Notes: generated by a model from the sequence alone, not told the origin. A stretch of DNA of 50,587 nucleotides from an archaeon (GCA_024256285.1 JACGUG010000006.1:1-50587), one strand, 5' to 3'. Positions 24,726 to 34,762 are shown, numbered from the stretch's first letter. Program-made: numbers and translations.

Positions 24726-25244
24726 TTAAATAGATCCAAAATAATCCCTCTCGATCTTGATTATGTCTTCAGGGCCTTTTGCAAGCCTATAATCTTCAAG
24801 GGGATTCTTGTTCAACTCTAAGAAATTTGGCCCCCACTTAAAGATCGACATCAGCTTCTTGCTCTCTTCGATACAGTTCGCTATGTAAAGCGCAGAAGCA
24901 AGTGCTTCAACCGAGCTCAGCATAGAGATTTTACCATAGTTTATGGGGTTGGATGCCATCAAGAGGGGGAGCCTCCTGTTCAAGCCTCTAAATCTTTTTG
25001 CGAAGACTTCATCTATCCTCTTCCATGAGCAATCTATGGCCACAAGACCATGGCTCAGATGAAGCTTATCTTCAGGTGAGAATACATCCGTTGCCTTTGG
25101 ATTTAGAGTTATGCCCTTCTTGGGGATACGGTATCTATGGAGGATCGGTCGGACCAAGCCTAAACGGCAGAGCTTTGCTGAAGTGCACTTTCTCTGGTCG
25201 TCTTGTCTCATCTGGTAGACGTAGAGTTTTGCTCCATGGGTCAT
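24726..25244 (-). CDS. tsr3: 16S rRNA aminocarboxypropyltransferase (DUF367)
   Basis: QDDQRKCT, IDCSW, RRLPLLMASNPINYG, LSSVEALA and FKWGPNFLELN motifs. Confidence 0.95.
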   Translation of the reverse strand: MTHGAKLYVYQMRQDDQRKCTSAKLCRLGLVRPILHRYRIPKKGITLNPKATDVFSPEDKLHLSHGLVAIDCSWKRIDEVFAKRFRGLNRRLPLLMASNPINYGKISMLSSVEALASALYIANCIEESKKLMSIFKWGPNFLELNKNPLEDYRLAKGPEDIIKIERDYFGSI

Positions 25245-25365
25245 GGTGGCTCTCCTTAAGCTATTATAATAAACTCTGGTTAAAAATGATTGTTAAAGAT
25301 GAAGGTCATCTCCTATCGAAAATATTTAATATCGAATCTTTTCAAAGAAGGAGGCAGATAAAGGG

Positions 25366-28044
25366 ATGTGGGTCTACCTATTTGAAGAAGGAAGTGCTAA
25401 GTTAAGGTCACTTTTGGGAGGAAAGGGAGCAAATCTAGCTGAAATGACAAGGATAGGCTTACCCGTCCCCCCAGGGATCACCATAACCACCGAGGCTTGT
25501 AGGAAATACAATGCCATGAATCAACGCTTTCCAGATGGCTTAGAAAAGGAAGTTCTTGAGAAGATCGAGCATATAGAAAAGAAAGTAGGGAAGAAGTTTG
25601 GGGATTCCTCCGACCCTTTACTGGTTTCTGTCCGATCTGGAGCACCAGTCTCCATGCCAGGTATGATGGATACCGTCCTCAACCTTGGTCTGAACGACGA
25701 GACTGTCAAGGGCTTAGCAAAGGCAACCAATGATGAGAGAGTTGCTTATGATTGTTACAGACGGCTCATGGAGATGTTCGGCAACGTTGTCTTAGATTTA
25801 AAGCGTGAAAAATTTGGGAGAATAATAGAGGAGTATAAACACAAGTTAGGTGCGAAGTCGGATTTAGATTTAGATGCTGAGGCTCTAAAGGAGATAGCAG
25901 AGGAGTTTAAAAAGCTGATCAAGGAAGAGACTGGCAAAGATTTTCCCCAAGACCCTAATCAACAGCTACTCATGGCTATTAGGGCAGTCTTCGATTCATG
26001 GAATAATCCAAGGGCGATCGTGTATCGTAGAGAGTATAAAATTTCAAACGATCTGGGTACAGCTGTCAACATACAAGCGATGGTATTCGGGAATAGAGGC
26101 CCAGATTCGGGTACGGGCGTAGCCTTCACTCGCAACCCTGCAACTGGAGAGAAGGAGCTCTATGGAGAGTACCTTATGAATGCTCAAGGTGAGGATGTAG
26201 TAGCGGGCATACGCACACCGAAGTCCATCGATCAGATGAAGGAGGAGGCACCTCATATTTATGAAGAATTAGAACGTACTTGTGATCTGCTGGAGAGGCA
26301 TTATAAAGATGTACAAGATATAGAGTTCACAATAGAGAATGGCAGATTTTACATGTTGCAGACAAGGTCTGGAAAACGCACAGCACAGGCAGCGGTCAAG
26401 ATAGCGGTAGATATGGCGAAGGAAGGCCTCATCAGTAAAGAAGAGGCAATAATGAGGATAGAGCCGAAGCAGATCGAACGACTACTACACAGGCGAATAG
26501 ACCCAAATGCAGAGATAGAGCTTATTGCTAAAGGACTTCCAGCATCTCCTGGTGCGGCTTCAGGGATCGTTATCTTCGATGTCGATGAGGCTGACAAGCG
26601 TGGGAGTGCTGGGGAGAAGGTCATCCTAGTTAGGATGGAGACGACACCAGAGGATATTCATGGTATGGTGGCAGCTCAAGGCATCTTGACCAGCAGGGGA
26701 GGAATGACTAGCCATGCTGCTGTGGTAGCAAGGGGGATGGGCAAACCTTGTGTCTCAGGGGCAGGGGAGGTGAAGATAGACCGTGAGGCAGAGAAGTTCA
26801 AGGTTGGGGATATAACGATCGAAAAAGGAGATATCATCACCATCGATGGCACCAGAGGATACGTGATAAAGGGGGAGGTGCCCACTATAGAACCAGAGTT
26901 GAGTCCAGAGATTCGAGAGTTGCTGGGTTGGGCGGATGAGACCCGAACTTTAGGCGTACGCACCAATGCGGATACACCGGAAGGTGCCGAGAGGGCAAGG
27001 ATGTTCAGAGCAGAAGGGATAGGCCTCTGCCGTACTGAGCGTATGTTCAATGCTCAAGATCGCTTGCCGATTGTGCAAGAGATGATAATGGCTAATACTG
27101 AAGAAGAAAGGAAGATTGCCCTGAATAAGCTCTTACCTATGCAGAGGGGTGACTTTAAAGAGATCTTCAAGATTATGGACGGTCTGCCTGTGACGATCAG
27201 GCTCCTCGATCTTCCACTACATGAATTTCTACCGAGGTTGGAGGATCTGCTTGTTGAGACTACTGAGCTAAGACTTTCAGGAAAGGGTGAGAAAGCCCTC
27301 CTTGAAAAGACGAAGGTGCTCAAGAAGGTTCAGACGCTCAATGAACATAACCCCATGCTCGGCCATCGTGGTTGCAGGCTGGGCATACGCTACCCTGAGA
27401 TTTACGAGATGCAGACGAGGGCGATCTTTGAGGCTGCTACGGAGCTGGCTGAAGGGGGCATATCTGTAAAATTGGAGATAATGCTACCTTTGGTGGGTAA
27501 GGCAAGCGAGATAAGTTTCCTGAGGCAAAGGATAGAAGATGTAGCCAAGAGGGTGATGGAGGAGGCGGGAGTAAAGTTGGAGTATATGATAGGGACCATG
27601 ATAGAAGTGCCAAGAGCAGCCTTGACAGCCGATGAGATAGCCAGATATGCAGAGTTCTTCTCATTTGGTACAAACGATCTGACTCAGACCGTATTTGGCT
27701 ACAGTAGGGATGATGCCGAAGCCAAGTTCTTGTACAATTACCTCAACGAGAATATCTTAGAGGCGAATCCCTTCGAGACTTTAGACCGTGAAGGTGTGGG
27801 CAAGATCATGAGGATATGTGTGGACCTCGGAAAAAAGATAAGGCATGACATCGAGATAGGAATCTGTGGCGAACATGGTGGAGACCCAGCATCTGTAGAG
27901 TTCTGCCATGAGATAGGTCTGGATTACGTGAGTTGCTCACCCTTTAGAGTGCCCGTTGCAAGATTCGCTGCAGCTCAAGCCAAGATCAAGATGGATAGAT
28001 CATCAGCCGATGAGTCTGAAGTAAGATTCGAACAGATAGATTAA
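25366..28044 (+). CDS. ppdK: Pyruvate, phosphate dikinase
   Basis: LGGKGANLAEM, SVRSGAPVSMPGMMDT, GGMTSHAAVVARG (phospho-His), FSFGTNDL and GICGEHGG motifs. Confidence 0.99.
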   Translation: MWVYLFEEGSAKLRSLLGGKGANLAEMTRIGLPVPPGITITTEACRKYNAMNQRFPDGLEKEVLEKIEHIEKKVGKKFGDSSDPLLVSVRSGAPVSMPGMMDTVLNLGLNDETVKGLAKATNDERVAYDCYRRLMEMFGNVVLDLKREKFGRIIEEYKHKLGAKSDLDLDAEALKEIAEEFKKLIKEETGKDFPQDPNQQLLMAIRAVFDSWNNPRAIVYRREYKISNDLGTAVNIQAMVFGNRGPDSGTGVAFTRNPATGEKELYGEYLMNAQGEDVVAGIRTPKSIDQMKEEAPHIYEELERTCDLLERHYKDVQDIEFTIENGRFYMLQTRSGKRTAQAAVKIAVDMAKEGLISKEEAIMRIEPKQIERLLHRRIDPNAEIELIAKGLPASPGAASGIVIFDVDEADKRGSAGEKVILVRMETTPEDIHGMVAAQGILTSRGGMTSHAAVVARGMGKPCVSGAGEVKIDREAEKFKVGDITIEKGDIITIDGTRGYVIKGEVPTIEPELSPEIRELLGWADETRTLGVRTNADTPEGAERARMFRAEGIGLCRTERMFNAQDRLPIVQEMIMANTEEERKIALNKLLPMQRGDFKEIFKIMDGLPVTIRLLDLPLHEFLPRLEDLLVETTELRLSGKGEKALLEKTKVLKKVQTLNEHNPMLGHRGCRLGIRYPEIYEMQTRAIFEAATELAEGGISVKLEIMLPLVGKASEISFLRQRIEDVAKRVMEEAGVKLEYMIGTMIEVPRAALTADEIARYAEFFSFGTNDLTQTVFGYSRDDAEAKFLYNYLNENILEANPFETLDREGVGKIMRICVDLGKKIRHDIEIGICGEHGGDPASVEFCHEIGLDYVSCSPFRVPVARFAAAQAKIKMDRSSADESEVRFEQID

Positions 28045-29234
28045 TAGTCCTTAAATTCGCTCAGACAGTAGATTAGTCCCCCTAAATTGTCCTTCTTTAT
28101 CACACCGTCTGCAACTTTTCTTAAGATTTCCTTTGCATCGAAGGCAATCCCCAAGCCAGCCTCCATGAGCATGAATCTATCGTTAGCACCATCGCCTATG
28201 GCAATAACCTCTTCCCTTTTGATCCCTTCCTTCTCTATAAGCTCTTGAATCGATCTTCTCTTCATCTCAGCATCGATTATAGGCTCCTTGACTTCTCCAG
28301 TGAGTTTGCCATCTTCTATTATCAGTTCGTTGGCAAAGACGAAATCTATATCGAATTTTTCTTTGATCTTATCTGTGAAATAAGAGAAACTCCCAGTGAT
28401 GATCGCTATTTTACAGCCAAGCTCTTTCAAGACCAGTAGTAGATCCTCAACCCCGCTACTGAATGTTATGTTCTTTAGAATTTCGTCCAAGACCGATACT
28501 GGTAGACCTTTTAAGAGCCTGACCCTCTCCTTCAGAGCCTTGGTGTAATCCATCTCTCCTTCCATGGCCCTTCTTGTTATCGATTCGACCTTTTCACCAA
28601 CCCCTGCTACGGCACTGAGTTCATCTATTATCTCCTGCTGGATGATCGTTGAATCCAGATCACAGACGACAAGCTTCTTCGCTTTCCGATAGACATCCTG
28701 TCTCTGAATTATGGCACTCAAGCCCAGCCCTAGACTTGCTCCATGAAGAGAGTCTTTAAAATCATTGAAATCCACGGAAAGGTTCTCTGTATTTAGAAGT
28801 AGTTCCATGGCTATCGTATCCCCCCTCGCCATCATCTTCGCCCTTTCTATGTTTACACCGTTTTCTGCACATATACTGGAGAATCTTGCAACTATACCAG
28901 GTCTATCTTTGCCGATTATCGTCAATAGGATCAGTTTCCTCTCTTCTTTTCTCCTTAAACCCTCATCCAGTGTGTAAGGCTCGATAGAAACCTTCATATC
29001 GAGCTCTCTGGCTTTTTTAATGAGCCCTTCTCTTACTTTTTTAAAAGTTTGAGTGGAACTGGTGAAGTCCGCTATTATGAACATGGCAAAGAGTTTTCTT
29101 ATAACCGTCTGATCTATGTCCACGATGTTGACATTAGCATCTGCCAAGATTTCTGAAATTCCTGCTACAAGCCCAGGTCTGTCTAGGCCTTGTACCGTTA
29201 TCACGTATAGTTGATTACCCATGGCACACCACAT
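28041..29234 (-). CDS. serB: Phosphoserine phosphatase with two N-terminal ACT domains
   Basis: ACT motifs GLDRPG and GKDRPG. HAD motifs DLDSTII, ITGSF and GDGAND. The start is probably the ATG at 29222. Confidence 0.95.
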   Translation of the reverse strand: MWCAMGNQLYVITVQGLDRPGLVAGISEILADANVNIVDIDQTVIRKLFAMFIIADFTSSTQTFKKVREGLIKKARELDMKVSIEPYTLDEGLRRKEERKLILLTIIGKDRPGIVARFSSICAENGVNIERAKMMARGDTIAMELLLNTENLSVDFNDFKDSLHGASLGLGLSAIIQRQDVYRKAKKLVVCDLDSTIIQQEIIDELSAVAGVGEKVESITRRAMEGEMDYTKALKERVRLLKGLPVSVLDEILKNITFSSGVEDLLLVLKELGCKIAIITGSFSYFTDKIKEKFDIDFVFANELIIEDGKLTGEVKEPIIDAEMKRRSIQELIEKEGIKREEVIAIGDGANDRFMLMEAGLGIAFDAKEILRKVADGVIKKDNLGGLIYCLSEFKDY

Positions 29235-29456
29235 GTAAATTAATTTTCGAATTTAAGCCCTTATACTTACTTCTACCTTGTTCATTAATATTGTTAACGA
29301 TTTAAGCTCTTTGATTAGCCAGGGTTAAAGTACTTTCGATGCTCAACTTATCCGAAGTTTTAGGTGACTACATTTAGCAAGAAGAGCAGTTAAAAATGTG
29401 AGAAGAAATGAAGGAACGGGTTAAAATCAACGTAAGAGTTTGAATAGATCGGTATT

Positions 29457-30719
29457 TTAAGGTAACTCTTCATTACTGGGCACTTCATAATTCAATTTAA
29501 ACTCAGTAACGTACTTTTGGGCTATGTAATAAAATGCATCTCTGACTTTCTTCACTTCTTCCCACTTCAATCCATACAAAGAGATTTTAAAATGCTTGCT
29601 CAACCCACGATGAAGTCCAACTATGCCCATTTTTATCATATCATCAGCAAGGAAGAAACCTCTCCTCTTATGATGTTTTGATATTTCCCAGAATATCGGA
29701 GTTTCAAAATGCATTAGATGGTGGTTATGAGGTCTATCTCCTATCAGAAAGATATCGCCAAGCTTCTCCATCTCTGATATAAACCACCTTGCCTTCTTCA
29801 GTTCTTCATCCCATCTTTTTACCCTCTCTATAACGTAAGGGAAAGAGTAAATGGCTGAGATCAAAGGCAAGCCTCCAACGCTACAACCGAAGACATTGAC
29901 CATCTTCTTACCCAAAATCCTCTCAGGTTGATCGATCTTCATCAAAGACTCTTTGAAGACTTTCTTCGCCCATTCATCATTCGTAATTAGGAAGCCGAGT
30001 GGACCGATAGAAGCCATAGACTTGTGAGCAGATACAGTTAGGAAATCTGCCTGAATATCTTTCATATCGACAGGGAATATCCCTGCTGTGTAAGCAGCAT
30101 TTACCATGTATGGAATATCATACTCTCGTGCTATCTTGCCTATCTCTTTTACGGGGTTCAAGTTTCCATAATGAGGCTCGACATGAGTTACTGCTATTAA
30201 TGCAGGCAGCTTACCGGTCTCCTTCTTGATGCTCTCGACCCTCTCTATATAGCTATCCGGCTCTACTTTATAATCTGGGTAACCAGAATGGGGCACTCCT
30301 ATTAGTTTAAGACCAGCCATCTCTGCTGCGACGGCTGTAGTGTAATGGCATAAGGGATCAGTGAGCACTATATCTGTGAAGTTCTTAGAGTCCTCTGAAA
30401 TTTCATCTGCTATCGTCTTCATAACGGCGAACTGGGCAGCCCTTGATGCAAAGGTATGCTCAGCAAAATCTCCGCCGAAGAAGTCTGCTAAATTGGTAAG
30501 GAAGTCGTCAACAGGAGGTTTCGATATCCTATCTGATCTTCCTTCAAGGCAGTTGTAGCAAATAGCGTATCCGACACGCATCCATCCCTCTTCGAACAAC
30601 TTCTTTTGCACTTCTTCTGGTACTATCCCTCCCCTCATTATAGGCTGGATTATTATCTGAGTCTTTCTACACGGGTTCATAAAATTTGAAAATTTTGTAA
30701 CATCGATCTTCTTTACCAT
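29457..30719 (-). CDS. pscS: O-phosphoseryl-tRNA:Cys-tRNA synthase (SepCysS)
   Basis: QPIMRGG, GYAICYNC (CxxC), EGR...KPP, SRAAQF, HYT, NAAY, the PLP lysine in SAHKS and the third Cys in FGCS all match the SepCysS signature. Confidence 0.9.
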   Translation of the reverse strand: MVKKIDVTKFSNFMNPCRKTQIIIQPIMRGGIVPEEVQKKLFEEGWMRVGYAICYNCLEGRSDRISKPPVDDFLTNLADFFGGDFAEHTFASRAAQFAVMKTIADEISEDSKNFTDIVLTDPLCHYTTAVAAEMAGLKLIGVPHSGYPDYKVEPDSYIERVESIKKETGKLPALIAVTHVEPHYGNLNPVKEIGKIAREYDIPYMVNAAYTAGIFPVDMKDIQADFLTVSAHKSMASIGPLGFLITNDEWAKKVFKESLMKIDQPERILGKKMVNVFGCSVGGLPLISAIYSFPYVIERVKRWDEELKKARWFISEMEKLGDIFLIGDRPHNHHLMHFETPIFWEISKHHKRRGFFLADDMIKMGIVGLHRGLSKHFKISLYGLKWEEVKKVRDAFYYIAQKYVTEFKLNYEVPSNEELP

Positions 30720-30999
30720 TGTTACTTACGTATGGGAAGAGTCATAGTTTAAACATTTTCAAAAGCTTTCTATAGTTCGATTACTTTCAACTTTTATCTC
30801 TTGAAGAAACGATTCATCACAAAAATATATACACTCTATCAGCATGGCTTTCGTGCTATCGATGGTTATCGTCGCTGAAGTATATAATTCCTCCTCCGCA
30901 AGAGACTCTCTAACTGAACTTCATTCCGAAAAGCATAATCTTTTTACTTTAAGAGCTACACATAATAGTGGGGCACAATTTTAAGGTAAGTCGGTCAGG

Positions 31000-31407
31000 A
31001 TGAAGGTAGTGGTCTGTGGTTCTATAGGGGACAGGGGAGTTTTAGAGATAAGAGAGATACAGTCTCTTCTCAAAAAAGAGGGGTTCGATGTCTTAGATCA
31101 GATTTCTTATGAAGATTACAGTCAAATTAAAGATTTTAGAGATAAAAAAGATCTGGCTGAAGATATAACGAGGCACGATCTAGACTTCATTATAGAGAGC
31201 GATGTAGTTGTAGCATTGTTCGATGGGCCCAGTTATGGAGTTGCGGTAGAGATATACGTTGCTAAACAGATGGGGAAGAAGGTGGTCTTCATGAGCAAGA
31301 GAAGAGTACCCTCCCCATGGCCTATCGCCCTTTCAGATCGAATAGTATATGATGAAAAGCAACTCGTATCAACTCTAAAAGAACTAAGAAATTATCTGGA
31401 ATCTTAG
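31000..31407 (+). CDS. Nucleoside 2-deoxyribosyltransferase-like protein
   Basis: VCGSI, HDLDFI..SDVVVA and PSYGVAVEI motifs. Confidence 0.75.
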   Translation: MKVVVCGSIGDRGVLEIREIQSLLKKEGFDVLDQISYEDYSQIKDFRDKKDLAEDITRHDLDFIIESDVVVALFDGPSYGVAVEIYVAKQMGKKVVFMSKRRVPSPWPIALSDRIVYDEKQLVSTLKELRNYLES

Positions 31408-31487
31408 CTTCAGTTACTTGGTTGCCACTTGGTTTCTCAAGAAACCTGAAGGAAACAATGTCATTCTTCATATTCTTAAAAATAAGA

Positions 31488-31576
31488 TAGCCCGGGCCAG
31501 ATTCGAACTGGCGTCAGCGGGTAACTTCGGAAGACCCTCCAAAGCCCGCTATGCTTGACCTCTACACCACCGGGCT
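31488..31576 (-). tRNA. tRNA-Gln(TTG) with a 16-nt intron at 37/38 (intron 31523-31538)
   Basis: Reverse complement AGCCCGG...GCGGG CT TTG G[AGGGTCTTCCGAAGTT]A CCCGC...GCCAG TTCGAAT CTGGC CCGGGCT A. The intron forms a BHB (CTTT/GAAG helix). Confidence 0.96.
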
Positions 31577-31671
31577 GAATTATGCAACAATAGATTAGCT
31601 ATAATCTTCTTTTAAATTTTGACATCGACTATAGAAAGTTATCTTTGTTATAGTTCTACATAAAGTTTAGA

Positions 31672-31890
31672 ATCCTCTCAGCTCGATGTACCGACAGAAG
31701 GGTAAACACTTTTACGAAGACCCTCTTCAAAAAGTACAGAAAGGCAGAAGACTACGCCAATGCTGATCTAGAGGAGCTCGAAGAAGACATAAGACCCACT
31801 GGCTTCTACAGGAAAGGCCAGAAACATCAAGAAATGCTCCAAATCTTAGTTGAAAAGTTCAACTCGAAAGTTCCAAAAGGTGCAACTTGA
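31672..31890 (+). pseudogene. nth: Endonuclease III fragment
   Basis: ILSARCTDRRVN..TKTLFKKY..AEDYANADLEELEEDIRPTGFYR..ILVEKFNSKVP. No start codon, small indels in the NKARNI segment, and it stops before the HhH motif. Confidence 0.85.
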
Positions 31891-31940
31891 TACCCTAAGT
31901 CATAAAGGTGATCGATTTCATAGTTATTAGGGGCGAGAAA

Positions 31941-32378
31941 ATGGGACTTAAAGAATATTGGAAGAAGAGAGATTTTGAAGAAACAAAGGAGCCTAAAGGT
32001 CAAGAGAAAAAAAGTGATGGAAACATTTACGTCATCCAAAAACACCAAGCTACACACCTTCACTATGACTTAAGGCTAGAAATGGACGGAGTTCTCAAAA
32101 GTTGGGCAGTCCCGAAAACACCTCCCATAGAAAAGGGCGTAAAAAGGCTGGCAGTTCAAGTGGAAGACCATCCCATCGAATACGCAGATTTTGAAGGAAA
32201 GATTCCAGAGGGCCAATACGGCGCAGGTACTGTGGAAATTTGGGACAAGGGGCAGTATGTCTTAAAAGAAAGGGATGAAAAAAAGTTGGTCTTCGAAATC
32301 AAAGGCATCAAGCTTAGGGGCGATTACTGTCTGGTGAGGCTCAAAGGAAGGAAGAACTGGTTGTTTTTCAAGAAATGA
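31941..32378 (+). CDS. Stand-alone LigD 3'-phosphoesterase (PE) domain protein
   Basis: YWKKRDFEETKEP, VIQKHQATHLHYDLRLE, LKSWAVPK, LAVQVEDHP and YGAGTVEIWDKG motifs. Confidence 0.95.
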   Translation: MGLKEYWKKRDFEETKEPKGQEKKSDGNIYVIQKHQATHLHYDLRLEMDGVLKSWAVPKTPPIEKGVKRLAVQVEDHPIEYADFEGKIPEGQYGAGTVEIWDKGQYVLKERDEKKLVFEIKGIKLRGDYCLVRLKGRKNWLFFKK

Positions 32379-32414
32379 TCTACATTCACCTCTCCTAATT
32401 AACTGTATCTCGTT

Positions 32415-32893
32415 CTATGATTTACCTGCCTGCTTTGCCATCTGCAGGTCTAGGAGGCAGGCTTGTGCATGTCCTTTTACTCTTACCTTCCGATATACCT
32501 TCTTCACCATCCCCCTTTCATCAATGAGGAAGGTAGTTCGCTCCGTACCCATGAACGCCCTACCGTAGAGGCTTCTCTTCTTCCAGACACCGTATAGGTC
32601 CAAGACTTTTCCTTCGGGGTCGCTGAGCAAAGTAAAGGGCAACTTATGTTTTCTCTTGAACTTCTGGTGGGATTGAACGCTGTCCTTGCTTACGCTGAGT
32701 ACGACTATGCCTTCCTTCTCAAAATCTTCGATCATATCCCTGAACTCGATAGCCTCTCTGGTACAACGTGGGGTCCCGTCCTTTGGGTAGAAATAGAGAG
32801 CTACCTTTTACCTCGGTAATAGCTCAAGGACACATCTCTTCCATCGTCTGCTCGCAAAGTGAAGTCTGGAGCTCCGTCTCCTTCGCTGACCAA
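32415..32893 (-). pseudogene. bcp: Peroxiredoxin BCP, frameshifted
   Basis: TTG at 32893 gives LVSEGDGAPDFTL..VSLSYYRGK. One A is missing at about 32805-32809, then VALYFYPKDGTPRCTREA...ERTTFLIDERG. The ORF track shows only the C-terminal half. Confidence 0.85.
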
Positions 32894-33138
32894 TTCAGAC
32901 CATAGATAGCGTGCTTCCTCATCAATTTAAGATGCTCTTTAGTCTTTAGGTATTCAATCTCGGTATCTCAGTTGGAAAATCCCTACTGGAAACCACTCAT
33001 CCATCTATCTCTGGCTTTAAGTCACCATGCCTCTAAAACTCCTTAGTGAGACAAAGTAAACATTCCCGAGAATAAGAGATACTGAGGGGCTGTACCGATA
33101 TCTGAAGGTACTTCTACGCCTGGATCAGTCACCTTAGC

Positions 33139-33765
33139 TCAAAGGCTTCTCTTCAACCTTTCCAGACGATCTAGAAAACTCTCTATACGAGGCTTTATAT
33201 TATCCATGCAGAGAGTTATGATCAATGAGAAGAAGGCTCCTGCTATAACGTCTCCTGGAAAGTGAAAGCCTGTATACACAACTGAAAAGCCCATCAAGAA
33301 AGAGAGGGTGACAAGGGAGGCTCCCAATCTAGGCCTATCAAATAGTATCGGGAAGGCTAGACTGAATACAAGCATGGTCGTTGTCGAAGGAAAGGAGAAG
33401 CTCGTAGTATGTATCAGACCGATGACTCTGGCAGGAAGAACCTCAAAGGGCCTTGGCCTTCCGAATAGAACCTTGAGTAGAGAGCCGATGCCATAGGCTA
33501 GGAAACCCGATATAATCGAGAGCAGGCCACTCACCTTAGAGCTACTCTTATGTGAAGTAAATACGATAATTAAGGAGAGGATGAAAGATGCGGAGAAAAG
33601 GAGGATGAACAGATACACACATGAAAAGTCTAGTATCTGGTTTGTTATCCCTTGGTTTATAATTATAAAGAACTCGTAATCTCCTAGAATTATATCGACT
33701 AAGAGCAGAGCAATTAAGGCTATGAGGGCAGGTGAAGCCAGAGAAAGGTTATGTCGTATTCTCAA
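33139..33765 (-). CDS. PAP2-family membrane phosphatase
   Basis: KVLFGRPRP, SFPSTT (usual SGH altered) and SVVYTGFHFPGDV (usual SR altered) motifs. Confidence 0.85.
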   Translation of the reverse strand: MRIRHNLSLASPALIALIALLLVDIILGDYEFFIIINQGITNQILDFSCVYLFILLFSASFILSLIIVFTSHKSSSKVSGLLSIISGFLAYGIGSLLKVLFGRPRPFEVLPARVIGLIHTTSFSFPSTTTMLVFSLAFPILFDRPRLGASLVTLSFLMGFSVVYTGFHFPGDVIAGAFFSLIITLCMDNIKPRIESFLDRLERLKRSL

Positions 33766-33976
33766 GTCTTGATCATCCTCTTTCTAGGCTGTTTCTTACG
33801 TATAGCTTGGGCACCATATCTTCTTGAGGGGTCATAATTTTAATTAATTAAGAAAGATATCCTATCTCCATTTAAAGCTACTCCATCTATTCTTCGTTTT
33901 ATCGTGACATCTTGGGATTCGGGGAGAATATGTCCTATAAGGAACAGATCTAGGAACAGATCTTTGATCTTTTATT

Positions 33977-34762
33977 TTATACAGCGACAGATTCTAAGGT
34001 GCTCAAAAGCTCATCTTCTATCTTTATGTGATATCCGAAGTGTTCATTGGGGTCTTTCAATAAGACGTAGAGCCAGTAGATTCCGAATATGCCCAAAGTT
34101 ATTATTGTGAGAATTAGATAGAGAACAAAGCTTCTGTCAGGCAAAGTCACCATCCTTCTGGGCATAGAAAACTTTACGCCACACTTGTCCAGTGCTTTGT
34201 TCATGTCTTCCCAAAATCCGTCTTCTTTTCTCTCATGCTTGTAGAAGTCTTTCATCAGAAAGTAGCGGACATACCAGTCTGCAAGGAATATGAAGGCTGA
34301 TAGAATAGCCCAAAGCACAGCGCTCTTCTCCGTTTCTTCAGCCTTGGCTTCCCTCACTGTTCTCTCACAAGACGCCAACTCTATCTCTGCATTGACTCCC
34401 TTTTTTGCCGCTATCACTCTAACTGCCTTAAGGATATCATCGAAAAGAAAGATTTGTCTTTTGAAATGAGTGTTACGCCTCTTAACAAGCATGTATATCA
34501 GTATTATGGAAACTATGAAACCGATTATCAATAGTAAAGGTAACAACACCGCCCATATTAGAAGGGGTATAACTGAAGGACCTGGAGGAGGAGTTGGACC
34601 TGGAGGAAATATCGTTACCCCTGCTATAAAGAAGCTCAATGGAAATAGAATCCATGCCAAGATGGGTATAACGTACACAAGTATCCATGCGATCGACATA
34701 ATTGAGTCGGTCTCGACACGCATCCGAACATCTTTCCTTATGTTTTCAATTTCAACACTCAA
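33977..34762 (-). CDS. DUF4234-type membrane protein
   Basis: Several TM helices, RRNTHFKRQ and RSFVLYLILTIITLGIFGIYWLY motifs. Confidence 0.75.
   Translation of the reverse strand: MSVEIENIRKDVRMRVETDSIMSIAWILVYVIPILAWILFPLSFFIAGVTIFPPGPTPPPGPSVIPLLIWAVLLPLLLIIGFIVSIILIYMLVKRRNTHFKRQIFLFDDILKAVRVIAAKKGVNAEIELASCERTVREAKAEETEKSAVLWAILSAFIFLADWYVRYFLMKDFYKHERKEDGFWEDMNKALDKCGVKFSMPRRMVTLPDRSFVLYLILTIITLGIFGIYWLYVLLKDPNEHFGYHIKIEDELLSTLESVAV

Noticed and set aside
32945-33135. Minus-strand HGDLKPE kinase-like motif and an 11-bp inverted repeat (CTCGGTATCTC/GAGATACTGAG)
   Set aside because: The motif is flanked by stops with no other kinase motifs, and there is no TSD around the repeat. Probably decayed sequence or chance.
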